A stretch of DNA of 64,000 nt, taken from a virus. This document shows, piece after piece, positions 39,228-50,132 of the stretch (positions are counted from its first letter, which is position 1; each line of letters starts with the position of its first letter). The position numbers were made by a program, and so were the translations under genes. The notes beneath the pieces were generated by a model that did not search any database, was not told where the DNA came from, and worked only from the letters and a program-made list of their open reading frames with translations. The stretch lies in IMG/VR virus record IMGVR_UViG_3300050166_000025, positions 87,112 to 151,111 of that record; one strand, written 5' to 3'.

Positions 39228-41141
39228 TTAAGCGTTTAGTTTATTTTCAAGAGCTTCTACTTTAGCAGCTAAAGCCTTGATACCTTCAATTAATAAAGGA
39301 ACTATTTTCTCATATTGAACAGTGATGTAGTTTTCACCTGAAATTGAGTTACCATTTTCATCGATATCGAATGGAGCTGGTTTGATAATTTCTGGTAAAA
39401 CTGCTTCAATTTCTTGAGCAATTACACCGACTTGCTTATCAAAGTTCTCATAGCCAAACTTGGCAGCTAATTCATTCTGAGTATAGTAGATACCATTAAT
39501 TTGTGCAATTTTAGATAATGCGTCATTAATGTTTCCTAAGTTATCCTTTAATCTTGCATCTGAATAATATGCGATGATATCACCAGTTGCTACGATTTGA
39601 CCTGCTGAACCAGTAGCGCCAGTACCTACACCAAGCGAGTTAACTTGTGCGTTAGAACCTGTTGAGAAGCCACCTGTAGGACCTGTAGGACCTGTAGGAC
39701 CAACAGGACCTGTACCACCTGGAGTACCTGCTGAACCTTGAGCACCTGTAGGACCTGTAGGACCAACTGGACCTGTAGGACCTGTACCACCTGGAGTACC
39801 TACTGAACCTTGAGCACCTTGAGGGCCAGTAGGACCAGTAGCACCTTGAGCACCTTGAGCACCGTTAGCACCGTTAGCGCCTTGAGCACCTTGAGCACCT
39901 TGAGCACCTTTAGCGCCAGAAGTACCTGAAGTACCAGTTGTACCGCTTGAACCAATGAGACCTTGCGCACCTGTAGCACCTTGAGCACCATTTATACCAG
40001 ATGTTCCTGAAGTTCCAGTTGTACCTGAAGTACCTGCTGTTCCAGAAGAACCTGAAGTTCCTGATGAGCCAGATGAACCTGAAGTTCCTGATGAGCCAGA
40101 TGAACCTGAAGTTCCTGAAGTACCTGTTGTACCTGAAGTTCCAGATGAACCGCTTGAGCCTGAAGTTCCTGATGAACCAGAAGAACCTGAAGTTCCTGAT
40201 GAACCGCTTGAGCCTGAAGTTCCTGATGAACCAGAAGAACCATTAGAACCGCTTGAGCCAGAAGTTCCAGTTGTACCTGAAGTACCTGCTGTTCCAGAAG
40301 AACCTGAAGTTCCTGATGAGCCAGATGAACCGTCAGTTCCTGATGAACCTGATGAACCTGAAGTTCCTGCTGTTCCAGAAGAACCCGAAGTTCCTGATGA
40401 TCCAGAAGAACCATTAGAACCGCTTGAACCTGATGTACCAGTTGTGCCTGAAGTTCCTGAAGATCCAGATGAACCGCTTGAACCTGAACTACCGGAAGTT
40501 CCAGCTGAACCGCTTGAACCAGAAGTACCTGCTGTACCGCTTGAACCTGAAGTTCCTGATGAACCGCTTGATCCTGATGAACCAGAAGATCCGTCTGTTC
40601 CCGATGAACCGTTAGTACCAGAAGAACCGTTAGATCCGTCTGTTCCTGATGTACCAGCTGTACCTGAAGTACCCGCTGTACCGCTTGAACCAGAAGATCC
40701 AGATGAACCGCTTGAGCCTGAAGTACCTGTAGTACCTGAAGTTCCTGAAGATCCAGATGAACCACTTGAACCTGAAGTACCTGCTGTTCCTGATGAACCT
40801 GAAGTACCTGCTGTTCCTGATGAACCGCTTGAACCTGATGTACCGCTTGAACCAGATGAACCATCTGTTCCTGCTGTTCCTGAAGAACCAGATGAGCCTG
40901 AAGAACCTGATGTACCAGCTGTTCCTGATGAACCTGAAGTTCCAGATGAGCCTGAAGAACCACTTGAGCCAGAAGAACCAGAAGTTCCAGTAGTACCTGA
41001 AGTACCAGCTGTTCCTGAAGTTCCGTCTACACCTGAAGTTCCATTTAAGCCATCAATACCAGAAGTACCATTTAAACCATTTATGCCAGATGAACCAGAA
41101 GTTCCTGATGTACCTGTCGTTTTAATAATTGGAGTTGACAT
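39228..41141 (-). CDS. Gly-X-Y fibre protein (GTS/GSS, then GAQ/GPT collagen) with S74 chaperone
   Basis: about 160 triplets; SDARLKDN...[14 protein letters not shown]...[13 protein letters not shown]. Confidence 0.88.
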   Translation of the reverse strand: MSTPIIKTTGTSGTSGSSGINGLNGTSGIDGLNGTSGVDGTSGTAGTSGTTGTSGSSGSSGSSGSSGTSGSSGTAGTSGSSGSSGSSGTAGTDGSSGSSGTSGSSGSSGTAGTSGSSGTAGTSGSSGSSGSSGTSGTTGTSGSSGSSGSSGSSGTAGTSGTAGTSGTDGSNGSSGTNGSSGTDGSSGSSGSSGSSGTSGSSGTAGTSGSSGSAGTSGSSGSSGSSGSSGTSGTTGTSGSSGSNGSSGSSGTSGSSGTAGTSGSSGSSGTDGSSGSSGTSGSSGTAGTSGTTGTSGSSGSNGSSGSSGTSGSSGSSGTSGSSGSSGTSGSSGSSGTSGTTGTSGTSGSSGSSGTSGSSGSSGTSGSSGTAGTSGTTGTSGTSGINGAQGATGAQGLIGSSGTTGTSGTSGAKGAQGAQGAQGANGANGAQGAQGATGPTGPQGAQGSVGTPGGTGPTGPVGPTGPTGAQGSAGTPGGTGPVGPTGPTGPTGGFSTGSNAQVNSLGVGTGATGSAGQIVATGDIIAYYSDARLKDNLGNINDALSKIAQINGIYYTQNELAAKFGYENFDKQVGVIAQEIEAVLPEIIKPAPFDIDENGNSISGENYITVQYEKIVPLLIEGIKALAAKVEALENKLNA

Positions 41142-41175
41142 TGTATATAACTTTTATTGTTTTTTATTTATTGGT

Positions 41176-41934
41176 TTATGCTAAAGAAGATCTTTGGTAT
41201 TCGATGTCGATTTTATCGTCAGATGTTAAGTCAAAGCCTGCAACAACACCGTTCCAGATTAACTGATCACCTGCTGTAATGTCTGCAATTGCTTTAGCAG
41301 TTGCTCCACCATCGGCTGAGAAGTAAACCTCAGATGTTTTAACACCATCGCCTTCTAATACTGAGATACCATTAACTAATACGTTAATTGCACCATCGGA
41401 GTATGGAGTGTGTTGGATTGTAATACCTGTTGCGCCATAATTACCAGAAGTTGCAGCTGGAATTAAGTTTTGCTGAACTGTTTGAATTGGTAGATCGAAA
41501 GCAACAACACCAACAGAAGGTCTCCATGGTAAAACATGGGCTGTTGTTGAAGTAATAGCTTGCATTACTGGATTGCTAAATGGATAAGCTTCATTTGTTG
41601 TGAATTCTGCAAGGTGTCCTGTTCCTAAAGTATCTACTACGTAGTATTTACCTGGGGTTAAATCCCAAGCAGAAACTGTAATAGTACCAACTTGAACACC
41701 AACGAATGTGTTAGCCGTAGGCGTGCTCTCGATAATTAGTCTACCTAATGTATCTTCCGAAGAAGCGTCAGCTGGTATCCAAGTACCGTCTGAGTAGGAA
41801 ACTGCAATACCAGGAGTAAAACCGTGATTAGCTTGCGTGTATACTGATTTCACCGAACCAGCCGTAACGCTTGCGATTAACGAGTCTAAAATGACTTGTA
41901 AACCTTCAACTTGTTTAATTTTAATCTGAGACAT
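41176..41934 (-). CDS. putative virion protein sharing its C-terminal domain with 50133-51359
   Basis: VNGI.V..G.G..T...YFS.DGG.TAK.I..I.AGD.L.WNG..AG..L...D.ID.EY present in both. Confidence 0.65.
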   Translation of the reverse strand: MSQIKIKQVEGLQVILDSLIASVTAGSVKSVYTQANHGFTPGIAVSYSDGTWIPADASSEDTLGRLIIESTPTANTFVGVQVGTITVSAWDLTPGKYYVVDTLGTGHLAEFTTNEAYPFSNPVMQAITSTTAHVLPWRPSVGVVAFDLPIQTVQQNLIPAATSGNYGATGITIQHTPYSDGAINVLVNGISVLEGDGVKTSEVYFSADGGATAKAIADITAGDQLIWNGVVAGFDLTSDDKIDIEYQRSSLA

Positions 41935-42030
41935 TGATTATTAGTTTTTTTTGTGTTTTAATTTTGATTAGAGACTTAATCTCTTAATTGAAATATATAT
42001 CTGTAACAAATACTGTTTAGATCCTTTTAT

Positions 42031-42624
42031 ATGGCAAAAAATCCTCAATTAAGTAAAATATTAAGAGACTATAACTACTTGTATGAATCTCTTATTGACG
42101 TAAAAGAGATTTCTGAAATCGCGGAAGTTCAATTTAGAGAAGCAATGATCAAGTCTGGGGATCAAGAAGCCCTGAACGCCCTGGTTCCAACTGAGCAGGA
42201 CAGTCAGCGAATACAGGAAGCGAAAGTCGTAGAGGAAGAGGCCGTTAATCATAATGATGCTGAGTTTAAGAAGTTATTTAGAAAAGTCGTAATTAAGTGC
42301 CATCCAGATAAGCTTAGTATGTTATCTGAACATGAAGCTGAAATAATGAAAGAGGCATATAACACGGCGGTTAAAGCCAATGATAAGTATGACTGGGGTC
42401 TATTGCTCAGGGTTGCTAGTGGTCTATCTATTGACTGTGATTTTGTTAGTGTTGAGCAAATTGAAATCATCAAGCGGAGGAACGAGGAGTTGAAGGAAGA
42501 GATAGAGAGGTATGAAGGTTCTATGGCGTATCGATGGTATGCTCAAACAGAAGAAGAGGCTAGAAATAATTTCCTAGCCTTCTGTCTTGGTGTTTTTAGA
42601 GATAGCGTTAAGAATAGACTATAA
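42031..42624 (+). CDS. J-domain-containing protein
   Basis: FKKLFRKVVIKCHPDK..., internal HPD motif. Confidence 0.7.
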   Translation: MAKNPQLSKILRDYNYLYESLIDVKEISEIAEVQFREAMIKSGDQEALNALVPTEQDSQRIQEAKVVEEEAVNHNDAEFKKLFRKVVIKCHPDKLSMLSEHEAEIMKEAYNTAVKANDKYDWGLLLRVASGLSIDCDFVSVEQIEIIKRRNEELKEEIERYEGSMAYRWYAQTEEEARNNFLAFCLGVFRDSVKNRL

Positions 42625-44883
42625 TTAATTATTAATCTTTACTCTTAATATTGTTGTATAAGTACCCCACATATCTATTGAAATAGGATTGTTAGGAGTA
42701 AGCATTATATTAGTAGTTGTCTTTGTGTATCCGTTATTGAATGGATTAATTGATAATATTAAAGCTTCTTTACCATCTATTGAAAATTTAGCAACTACTA
42801 AAGGTCTTTTAAATACATAATTTACAAATGGATAATTTTCGGTACCGGTTGTATATTGCCCGCCACCTTTATCTTGAGAAATATAAGACCAATTGGTATT
42901 AGCTTCGATAATATCTTTATTTTGATACAGATTTGCAATTGTTGCAAAATACCAATCGGCACCTGCAAAATCATTTTTAAATATTTCTGATGGATTGCTA
43001 CCATTTGTCGCATCCCATACATAATCTGCATAATCTTCTACTCTAAATTTACCAACGTCCCATATAAAGCATCCATCTCCATATCCAAAAGACCAGGCTG
43101 CAAGAGATTGCCAAAAATCTGGAGAAATGTCTGGTTTTGCACTACCCGGCTGTCCATCTGGTCCTATCGCTTTACGTTTAGCTTGCATATTTGAGCCTGC
43201 AACTGTTTCATATACACTAAACATAAGAGAAGTAAACATTATATTATGATTAGATCCTAGTTTTTCAGTTACTAATTTATTTCCAATATCATATTGATGG
43301 ACTAATTTATAAAAATAATCAGTAGAACCATAATCATTATGATAATTACTTATTGAAAATTGGTGAAACAATTCTGCATAATTATAAAAAATAGGACGAA
43401 ATACGCTAGATAACGTACTTTTATCTGCATTGTTTACATAATAATTATGATAATCAAGATAATATGGGTTGCTAGTATAATTATTTACAGTTGGCGCAGA
43501 ACCACCAGAATCTAGAAAATGGCCATCACTTCTATATACACTACCAGAATACCAGTTTATTCTAGTATTTCTAACAGCTAAATTATTAGATGTTACATAA
43601 TCTTTTGCATATTTATAACATTTGAAAACACCATCCAGTGCTATTGAATCTTCCATTAAATACCAATACCATTCCATGTCCCAGAACCACTCTATCGGTG
43701 AATCAATAAGCGCATCTCTCATTTCACTAGTTGCTGGATTATTGAAGCCTGTTGTCGTCCATTGATATGGATTTGCTTGCGCAAAATTTATTGTAGTGCC
43801 ATTATGTGTATAACTTCCAGTAAAATCACCTAAAGCAATACTTTGCCATGTTGCAACTAATTTAATTTGATGAGATTCTATATTTGGATTAAAACCATGA
43901 CCCCATGCATTTCCAAATACAGTACCGCTTAATAACAACGGTTGGTCAAACCAATAACCTTCATTCTTTGAAGTCGCGTAATCAGCGTTCGCATAATTAC
44001 CAAGCAAATAGCCTCTTGATATATTTTGCGTTGTATTATAAAGAGCTGGGTCACTTTGATATAATTCTAAATTTAAACCTCTTTGTTTTCTAGTAGAAGT
44101 TCTTACTGTTGTTTTATTGTGTTGAACAATGTCGTGGATGTATCTATCGCTACCGGTGCTTAACTTAGTAAGTCCTCTTTTATTTTTTATAAAATTATCT
44201 AAAAAAAGATTTCTTTTAAAAAACGTTGGACAATTAATATCTTGTCTAGCGTACCAATAATCTGGTTTGAAGAAATACATTTTCGTATATACTCCTTCAC
44301 TGAAAATGGTAGGTTTATTAATGTCCTGTTTTACGTGAACAAATGCAGTATTTGCAGCAAAATCATCGAATATACCCCAGGGTCCATATCCTCCAATATA
44401 CATCATTAAGTCATAGCCTGCCATGGCCGATATATCAATATTAGATAGCGGTGTAGTTTTTCTATCACTGGCACCCACGACCCATTGTTTTGGTTTACCA
44501 CTCGGCGAATTCTGTTCCCAAGCTGTATCTGTTAAAATGCTATCGGTAAGAGTAAGTTTTGATTCTGAATAATCGCTTATTCTAGTATTAGTTTGTTTAG
44601 AAAATAATGATTCATCTACAAAAGAAGTGTCTGGTGCAGATGAAAATAAGTATTCTGCCAATTGTGTAAGTTTACCGTTGCTGCCGATAACAAGCCAAAG
44701 TGTTCTATAATTTGTTGGAAGAACATAATTTCCAGCAGGTAAAAGACTAGTTTTCGTAGAATTAACATAGTATATTGTATTCAGATTATGATTATTATCT
44801 GAATAATATATTGAAACACTATTATTATCGTCTCTTCCACTCGTTAACTTCGAGATTGCGTCGGATTTGCTAGAATATGCCAT
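42625..44883 (-). CDS. large aromatic-rich protein, possible glycan-binding/hydrolase virion protein
   Basis: 752 aa, Y/W/N-rich; located in the fibre module; no confident family. Confidence 0.45.
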   Translation of the reverse strand: MAYSSKSDAISKLTSGRDDNNSVSIYYSDNNHNLNTIYYVNSTKTSLLPAGNYVLPTNYRTLWLVIGSNGKLTQLAEYLFSSAPDTSFVDESLFSKQTNTRISDYSESKLTLTDSILTDTAWEQNSPSGKPKQWVVGASDRKTTPLSNIDISAMAGYDLMMYIGGYGPWGIFDDFAANTAFVHVKQDINKPTIFSEGVYTKMYFFKPDYWYARQDINCPTFFKRNLFLDNFIKNKRGLTKLSTGSDRYIHDIVQHNKTTVRTSTRKQRGLNLELYQSDPALYNTTQNISRGYLLGNYANADYATSKNEGYWFDQPLLLSGTVFGNAWGHGFNPNIESHQIKLVATWQSIALGDFTGSYTHNGTTINFAQANPYQWTTTGFNNPATSEMRDALIDSPIEWFWDMEWYWYLMEDSIALDGVFKCYKYAKDYVTSNNLAVRNTRINWYSGSVYRSDGHFLDSGGSAPTVNNYTSNPYYLDYHNYYVNNADKSTLSSVFRPIFYNYAELFHQFSISNYHNDYGSTDYFYKLVHQYDIGNKLVTEKLGSNHNIMFTSLMFSVYETVAGSNMQAKRKAIGPDGQPGSAKPDISPDFWQSLAAWSFGYGDGCFIWDVGKFRVEDYADYVWDATNGSNPSEIFKNDFAGADWYFATIANLYQNKDIIEANTNWSYISQDKGGGQYTTGTENYPFVNYVFKRPLVVAKFSIDGKEALILSINPFNNGYTKTTTNIMLTPNNPISIDMWGTYTTILRVKINN

Positions 44884-45608
44884 TATGAAAATATTGAATT
44901 TTTTGTAGGTATGTAATAGTTAGTAAATATTCCACTAGAAGTTCCGCTGGTTCCTGAAGTTGATGAAGTTCCGCTTGTTCCGCTGGTTCCTGACGTTGCC
45001 GAGGTTCCGCTAGTTCCACTTGAACCTGATGTTCCAGTTGTACCGGAAGTTGCTGAAGTTCCACTGGTTCCTGACGTTCCTGAAGTTGCTGACGTTCCTG
45101 AAGTTGCTGAGGTGCCAGAAGTTGCTGAAGTTCCACTGGTTCCTGACGTTGCCGAGGTTCCGCTAGTTCCACTGGTTCCTGACGTTGCCGAGGTTCCACT
45201 AGTTCCTGAAGTTCCGTTAGATTCTATAGTTTGATTGACAACTTCTATTTTAGTACAGGTCCAATCTATTCTTAGATTATATCCTAAAATATTTACGTCA
45301 ACATAAATTCTAAATCCAGTTTCTGTTTTATTGCTAGTTATCATATTGAAGGAATATAATTGAGTTATTGATGACCTAAGGTCTACTACAGTGGTATTAA
45401 CCGCGTAATTCGTGTCAGAAAATGGACTATAAAATATGACGTCATAATAATAAAGAGACCCTTCTATTTTAAAATCTATATCTGAAACTGAACCAGACCT
45501 AATAGTGCCAGGAATAGAAGATTTAATTTGGTTATTCAAATATACTATTCTTTTTTGAGCTAGTTCAATTTGAGCTTTCAGTATTTTGGTTTCTTTATCT
45601 AAAGCCAT
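44883..45608 (-). CDS. lectin-like domain plus short (G/A)TS repeat
   Basis: 'IF.SPF.DTNYAV...KTETGF.I...IDWT' H-lectin/fibre-like fold; about 30 triplets. Confidence 0.55.
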   Translation of the reverse strand: MALDKETKILKAQIELAQKRIVYLNNQIKSSIPGTIRSGSVSDIDFKIEGSLYYYDVIFYSPFSDTNYAVNTTVVDLRSSITQLYSFNMITSNKTETGFRIYVDVNILGYNLRIDWTCTKIEVVNQTIESNGTSGTSGTSATSGTSGTSGTSATSGTSGTSATSGTSATSGTSATSGTSGTSGTSATSGTTGTSGSSGTSGTSATSGTSGTSGTSSTSGTSGTSSGIFTNYYIPTKNSIFS

Positions 45609-46792
45609 TATTTATATGAATTGGTTAGCCAGTCGTATTCAAAATCTTGAACAGGTGATTCTGTCCATAGGTTATCAATTAATAAGTCATACGCTTCAAT
45701 CATGGGTTGGTGATTAGGTTGGTATCTTTCTAAGGCCGTGCGATTTTTTTCTTTTTCTGCTTCTATGTTTTTATCATATTCAGTAAGTGCGGCCTTTAAT
45801 TGCTGAGCTCCGGTTTCGTAATCAAAGAATGGAAAATAGTATCCTGCATCCTTGATAAATTGAGCGTTGTGAACTAATGGGTATCCGTAATACATTGCAT
45901 CCAGATACAAGTAGTTCAGATCATTACCCCATTGATGGCAAAGCACAACATCTGTAAAGTTTGAAAGATAGTGAACAATAGGGTATCTAGAATCGAAGAA
46001 GATCTTTTTGTCTCTTTGTAAATCAAAACCGCTCTTTACAAACTTAATGAATTCAGGATTCTCTTTTAGCTTATTTGAATTAGTAACGAGTACTTTGTCA
46101 ATTAATTCCGGATTAGAGTGATACAGTCTTTCTGCAACTAGCATCGGTGCAATCGCATTTTTGAGAACGCTTAAGTTGGGTTCAAAGACTCCAATGTTTT
46201 TAGGACCTGCTTTCGGCGCATACTCAATTACTCTACCTCTTTCTGATAAAAGTTTAGCGTGTAAGTCAACGAACATAGGATCCCATACAAATGGAACTAG
46301 TCTTGCGTTGGTTCTATATAGCGTAGAATAGAAATGCTTGTTGTTGAAGTCTTGTTGCGGAATATGCCACACCTCATCATATAATCCAGCACCAAATTCC
46401 TTTGATGTAGGTTGATCTAAGCCATAGATAACTTCCTCTACGAAATTAACGTAGTTGTTACCACCCTTGTAAGAAACGATTTTAACGTTAGGATTTAATT
46501 GTCTAAATATAGCTAAGTCATTGACTGGCGGAACAACGGCTAATATGATCCATAAATCGTACTGTTTTATATCTTCATTTGTTAGGCTAAGATAGTCTAC
46601 GGTTTTGATTACGTTAATATCCCATTCAAAAGTTTCCGGCTTATTTTTAGCATCTACAATATTGACAACGTTTACGTCATATTTTCTAGAACTATTCATT
46701 AGAACTTTTGCAAGGTTCATAACGTTTTGTCTAATTCCGTTTGTAAAAAGTGAATCGCCTTTTTTATAGCTAATCGTAATTCCTATTTTCAT
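45608..46792 (-). CDS. DUF2827-family putative glycosyltransferase
   Basis: MKIGIT...SLFTNGI.QN, VPFVWDP.F, IGVFEPN...K, HQW.N.LNY.Y.DA...YPLVHN. Confidence 0.8.
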   Translation of the reverse strand: MKIGITISYKKGDSLFTNGIRQNVMNLAKVLMNSSRKYDVNVVNIVDAKNKPETFEWDINVIKTVDYLSLTNEDIKQYDLWIILAVVPPVNDLAIFRQLNPNVKIVSYKGGNNYVNFVEEVIYGLDQPTSKEFGAGLYDEVWHIPQQDFNNKHFYSTLYRTNARLVPFVWDPMFVDLHAKLLSERGRVIEYAPKAGPKNIGVFEPNLSVLKNAIAPMLVAERLYHSNPELIDKVLVTNSNKLKENPEFIKFVKSGFDLQRDKKIFFDSRYPIVHYLSNFTDVVLCHQWGNDLNYLYLDAMYYGYPLVHNAQFIKDAGYYFPFFDYETGAQQLKAALTEYDKNIEAEKEKNRTALERYQPNHQPMIEAYDLLIDNLWTESPVQDFEYDWLTNSYK

Positions 46793-46824
46793 TTAAGTAT
46801 ATTTGTTTTATGGTATATTTATCT

Positions 46825-46858
46825 AAAAAAGAAAGGGATCCCATTGGGATCCCTTTCT
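46825..46858 (-). terminator. intrinsic terminator
   Basis: AGAAAGGGATCCC-att-GGGATCCCTTTCT plus T-run. Confidence 0.85.
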
Positions 46859-46886
46859 AAGATAATCAATAAAGTTTAATTAAAAA

Positions 46887-49800
46887 TTAAGCTTTGTTTT
46901 TCTCGTATTGGAATACAACTGTATCAGTTGAATCTACAGAGTAGCCTGGATCAGCAATGCTAACCGCTGCGCCAGAGATTGAAGAAACTTCAACTCTTAC
47001 ACCGTTAACGAATGCATATACTAAACCAATGTTATCATCTTCGATAGCGTTAGCTAAAGTGTAAGATAAACCAGCACCTGGTACAGATTCAACTACCATT
47101 AGAGATTCTGTTGCAAATGCTTCTTCAATTGAAGAAACTTTACCAGCAACGTAAGTTGCTAATGAACCTTCAGCAGCAGTAGCTCTTGAAACTTCAGAAA
47201 CTAATGAAGAAGAGATAGAGTCAGCGTATGAAGATAATGAACCTTCAGCAGCAGTAGCTCTAGCCACTTCAGTAGAAACTGATGCAGTGAATTTAGAATC
47301 TAATGAACCGTCAGCTGCAACTCTTGAAGAAGCTTCAGAAACGATTGCGTTAGAGTAAACTGTGTTTAATGAACCTTCAGCAGCAATAGCTCTAGCAGTT
47401 TCAACAGAAACTTTAGAATCTAATGAACCTTCAGCTGTAGTAGCTCTTGAAGTCTCAGCAACAACTTTAGAATCTAAAGAAGAATCAGCAGAAACTCTTG
47501 CAGCTAATTCAGTAGATAATGCAGTTGAGTAGAATAAATCTAAAGATGCTTCAGCAGAAGTAGCTCTTGCAACTTCAGTTGAGTTAGCAGCAGAAGCAAT
47601 ACCTGATAAGTTAGTGATTGCATTGTTGATGTTACCATCAGCAGATTGGAATGCACCAACGATTTCAGTTAATGAATCTAAAGCAACTGGATCAACGTTA
47701 GTTTTGATGAAGTCGATTTGAGATTGTAATGAAGAGTCAGCGTTAGACATCTTAGTCTCTAATGAAGCGTCAGCTGTAGAGAATTTAGTGTTTAACGAAC
47801 CTTCAGCGTTCTCAGCTCTTGTAACTTCAGAAACTAAAGAAGAAGAGATTGAATCAGCGTATGAAGATAATGAACCTTCAGCAGCAGTAGCTCTTGAAGT
47901 TTCAGCAACAACTTTAGAATCTAATGAAGAATCACCAGCAATTCTGTTTGAAACCTCAGTTGAAACTGAAGCAGTAAACTTAGAATCTAATGAACCGTCA
48001 GCAGCTAATCTAATAGAAGCTTCGTTGTTCATTGCTGTATCGATAGAACCTTTAGCAGTAGCTAAATCAGCAGAAGCTAAAGTTCCGATAGAACCTTCAG
48101 CAGCGATAGCTCTAGCAGTTTCAGTAGAAACTTTAGAATCTAAAGAAGAATCAGATGCTAATCTTGAAGAAGCTTCAGCAGAAACTGATGAAGTGAACTT
48201 AGAATCTAAAGAAGAATCAGCAGAAACTCTTAAAGATGCTTCATTGTTAACAGCAGTAGTTCTGTTAGTGATCTCAGATACTAAACCAGAAGAGATAGAA
48301 TCAGCGTATGAAGATAAATTAGCTTCAGCTGCTTCAGCTCTTGATTGCTCAGACATGATTTGACCATGTAAGATAGAATCTTGTGATGTTCTGTCTGCTT
48401 GCTCTTGGGAAAGATCAGAAGATAAACCAGCTTCAGCATTCATAGCTCTAGCTTCTTCAGAAGATAAGTCTGCAGATAAGTTGTTATCACCAGCAATTCT
48501 TGAAGAAACCTCAGAAGATAATGCACCGTCGATAGATGTATTAGCAGCTAAGATATCTGCCGCCATTTTAGTAGCTAAAGAAGCATCACCTGCGATTCTT
48601 GAAGAAGTCTCAGAAGATAATTCACCAGTAAATTTAACATCTAATGATAAGTCTGCTGAAGTAGCTCTAACAACCTCAGAAGATAAGTTAGCAGAAACAA
48701 CAGTTGTTACATAAGTGTTTAATGAACCTTCAGCAGCGATAGCTCTTGAAGTCTCAGTAGAAACTTGTGAAGTAAACTTAGAATCTAAAGAAGAATCAGC
48801 GTTGTCCATCTTAGTAGCTAATGAAGCATCAGCAGAAGAGAACTTAGTGTTTAATGAACCTTCAGCAGAGCTAGCTCTAACAGTCTCAGAAGATAAATCA
48901 GCAGAGATAGAGTTTTCTTTTCCAGTAGCTCTTAAGATTTCACCAGCTAAGTCAGAAGAAATACCATCAGCGTAAGTAGCTAATGAACCTTCAGCTGCTG
49001 TAGCTCTAGCAACTTCAGTAGATAAACCAGCAGAAGCAGCGTTACCTAAGTTAGTGATAGCGTTGTTTAAGTTACCATCAGCAGAGTTGAATGCAGAAAC
49101 TACTTCAGTTAATGAATCGATAGCAGCTGGATCAACGTTAGAGATAACGAAATCAACTTTAGTGTTTAATGAACCTTCAGCAGCTAAAGCTCTTGAAGTC
49201 TCAGAAGAGATAGAAGCTGTAAACTTAGAATCTAATGAAGAATCACCAGCAATTCTGTTTGAAACCTCAGTTGAAACTGAAGCAGTAAACTTAGAATCTA
49301 ATGAACCGTCACCAGAAATTCTTGAAGAAACTTCGTTAGCAATTTCGTTAGAGAATTTAACCTCTAATGAACCATCACCAGCAACTCTTGAAGAAGCTTC
49401 AGAAACGATTGCGTTAGAGAATTTAACGTCTAATGAACCATCAGCTTGGAATCTGATAGAAGCTTCGTTAGAAACTGCAGAAACTCTGTTAGAGATTTCA
49501 GAAGTTAAGTCAGCAGCAATACCGTCAGCGTAGTTTTGTAAACCTTGCTCAGCATTCTCAGCTCTTAATTGCTCAGCATCAACATCAGCGATTCTGTTAT
49601 TGATTTCAGACTGTAAGTCTTCAGCAATAGCAGCTTCAGCGCCAGTAGCTCTACCAATTTCAGATTGTAAATCTGTGATAATGCCGTCAGCTTTAACGTT
49701 TGATGATAAATCACCTGCGATTCTTGAAGAAATCTCAGATGAGATCGCGCTATCAGTAGAAGATTTAGCAGAAGCTAAAGCTAAAGAAGCTGCAGCTGCA

Positions 49801-49970
49801 ACTGAACCTTCAGCAGAAGAAGCTCTAACTACTTCAGATGATAACGATGCTTCGTCTGCCGAGAACTTTGCATATAACGCAGCACCACCGATGATATCAG
49901 TTGTTTTTACGTTTGCCCAGTTTACCGTCGATAAGAAGTCTTGGATTTGTTTTGATCTAATTTGTGCCAT
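46887..49970 (-). CDS. long trimeric coiled-coil repeat fibre protein
   Basis: dozens of E(V/T)(S/A)RA.AAEGSL / SRIAGD.SL repeats; two 'P.A.DSLTE(I/V)V.AF.SADG' nodes; ATG at 49970. Confidence 0.75.
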   Translation of the reverse strand: MAQIRSKQIQDFLSTVNWANVKTTDIIGGAALYAKFSADEASLSSEVVRASSAEGSVAAAASLALASAKSSTDSAISSEISSRIAGDLSSNVKADGIITDLQSEIGRATGAEAAIAEDLQSEINNRIADVDAEQLRAENAEQGLQNYADGIAADLTSEISNRVSAVSNEASIRFQADGSLDVKFSNAIVSEASSRVAGDGSLEVKFSNEIANEVSSRISGDGSLDSKFTASVSTEVSNRIAGDSSLDSKFTASISSETSRALAAEGSLNTKVDFVISNVDPAAIDSLTEVVSAFNSADGNLNNAITNLGNAASAGLSTEVARATAAEGSLATYADGISSDLAGEILRATGKENSISADLSSETVRASSAEGSLNTKFSSADASLATKMDNADSSLDSKFTSQVSTETSRAIAAEGSLNTYVTTVVSANLSSEVVRATSADLSLDVKFTGELSSETSSRIAGDASLATKMAADILAANTSIDGALSSEVSSRIAGDNNLSADLSSEEARAMNAEAGLSSDLSQEQADRTSQDSILHGQIMSEQSRAEAAEANLSSYADSISSGLVSEITNRTTAVNNEASLRVSADSSLDSKFTSSVSAEASSRLASDSSLDSKVSTETARAIAAEGSIGTLASADLATAKGSIDTAMNNEASIRLAADGSLDSKFTASVSTEVSNRIAGDSSLDSKVVAETSRATAAEGSLSSYADSISSSLVSEVTRAENAEGSLNTKFSTADASLETKMSNADSSLQSQIDFIKTNVDPVALDSLTEIVGAFQSADGNINNAITNLSGIASAANSTEVARATSAEASLDLFYSTALSTELAARVSADSSLDSKVVAETSRATTAEGSLDSKVSVETARAIAAEGSLNTVYSNAIVSEASSRVAADGSLDSKFTASVSTEVARATAAEGSLSSYADSISSSLVSEVSRATAAEGSLATYVAGKVSSIEEAFATESLMVVESVPGAGLSYTLANAIEDDNIGLVYAFVNGVRVEVSSISGAAVSIADPGYSVDSTDTVVFQYEKNKA

Positions 49971-50132
49971 TAATTTTATATTTGTTTTTTTATGGCAGAC
50001 AAACGTTATGCTTGTCTTCAATACTATATATTAAAATTATATCGTAAATCTTACACAATTTGCATAAAGTTTACGATATTATAGTAGTAAAGAAATAAAT
50101 GATTATGTGCCCGAAAGGGTTATTTAATGGTA

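Noticed and set aside
47788-50034. Plus-strand NEPSAA ORFs
   Set aside because: Antisense shadows of the coiled-coil fibre gene
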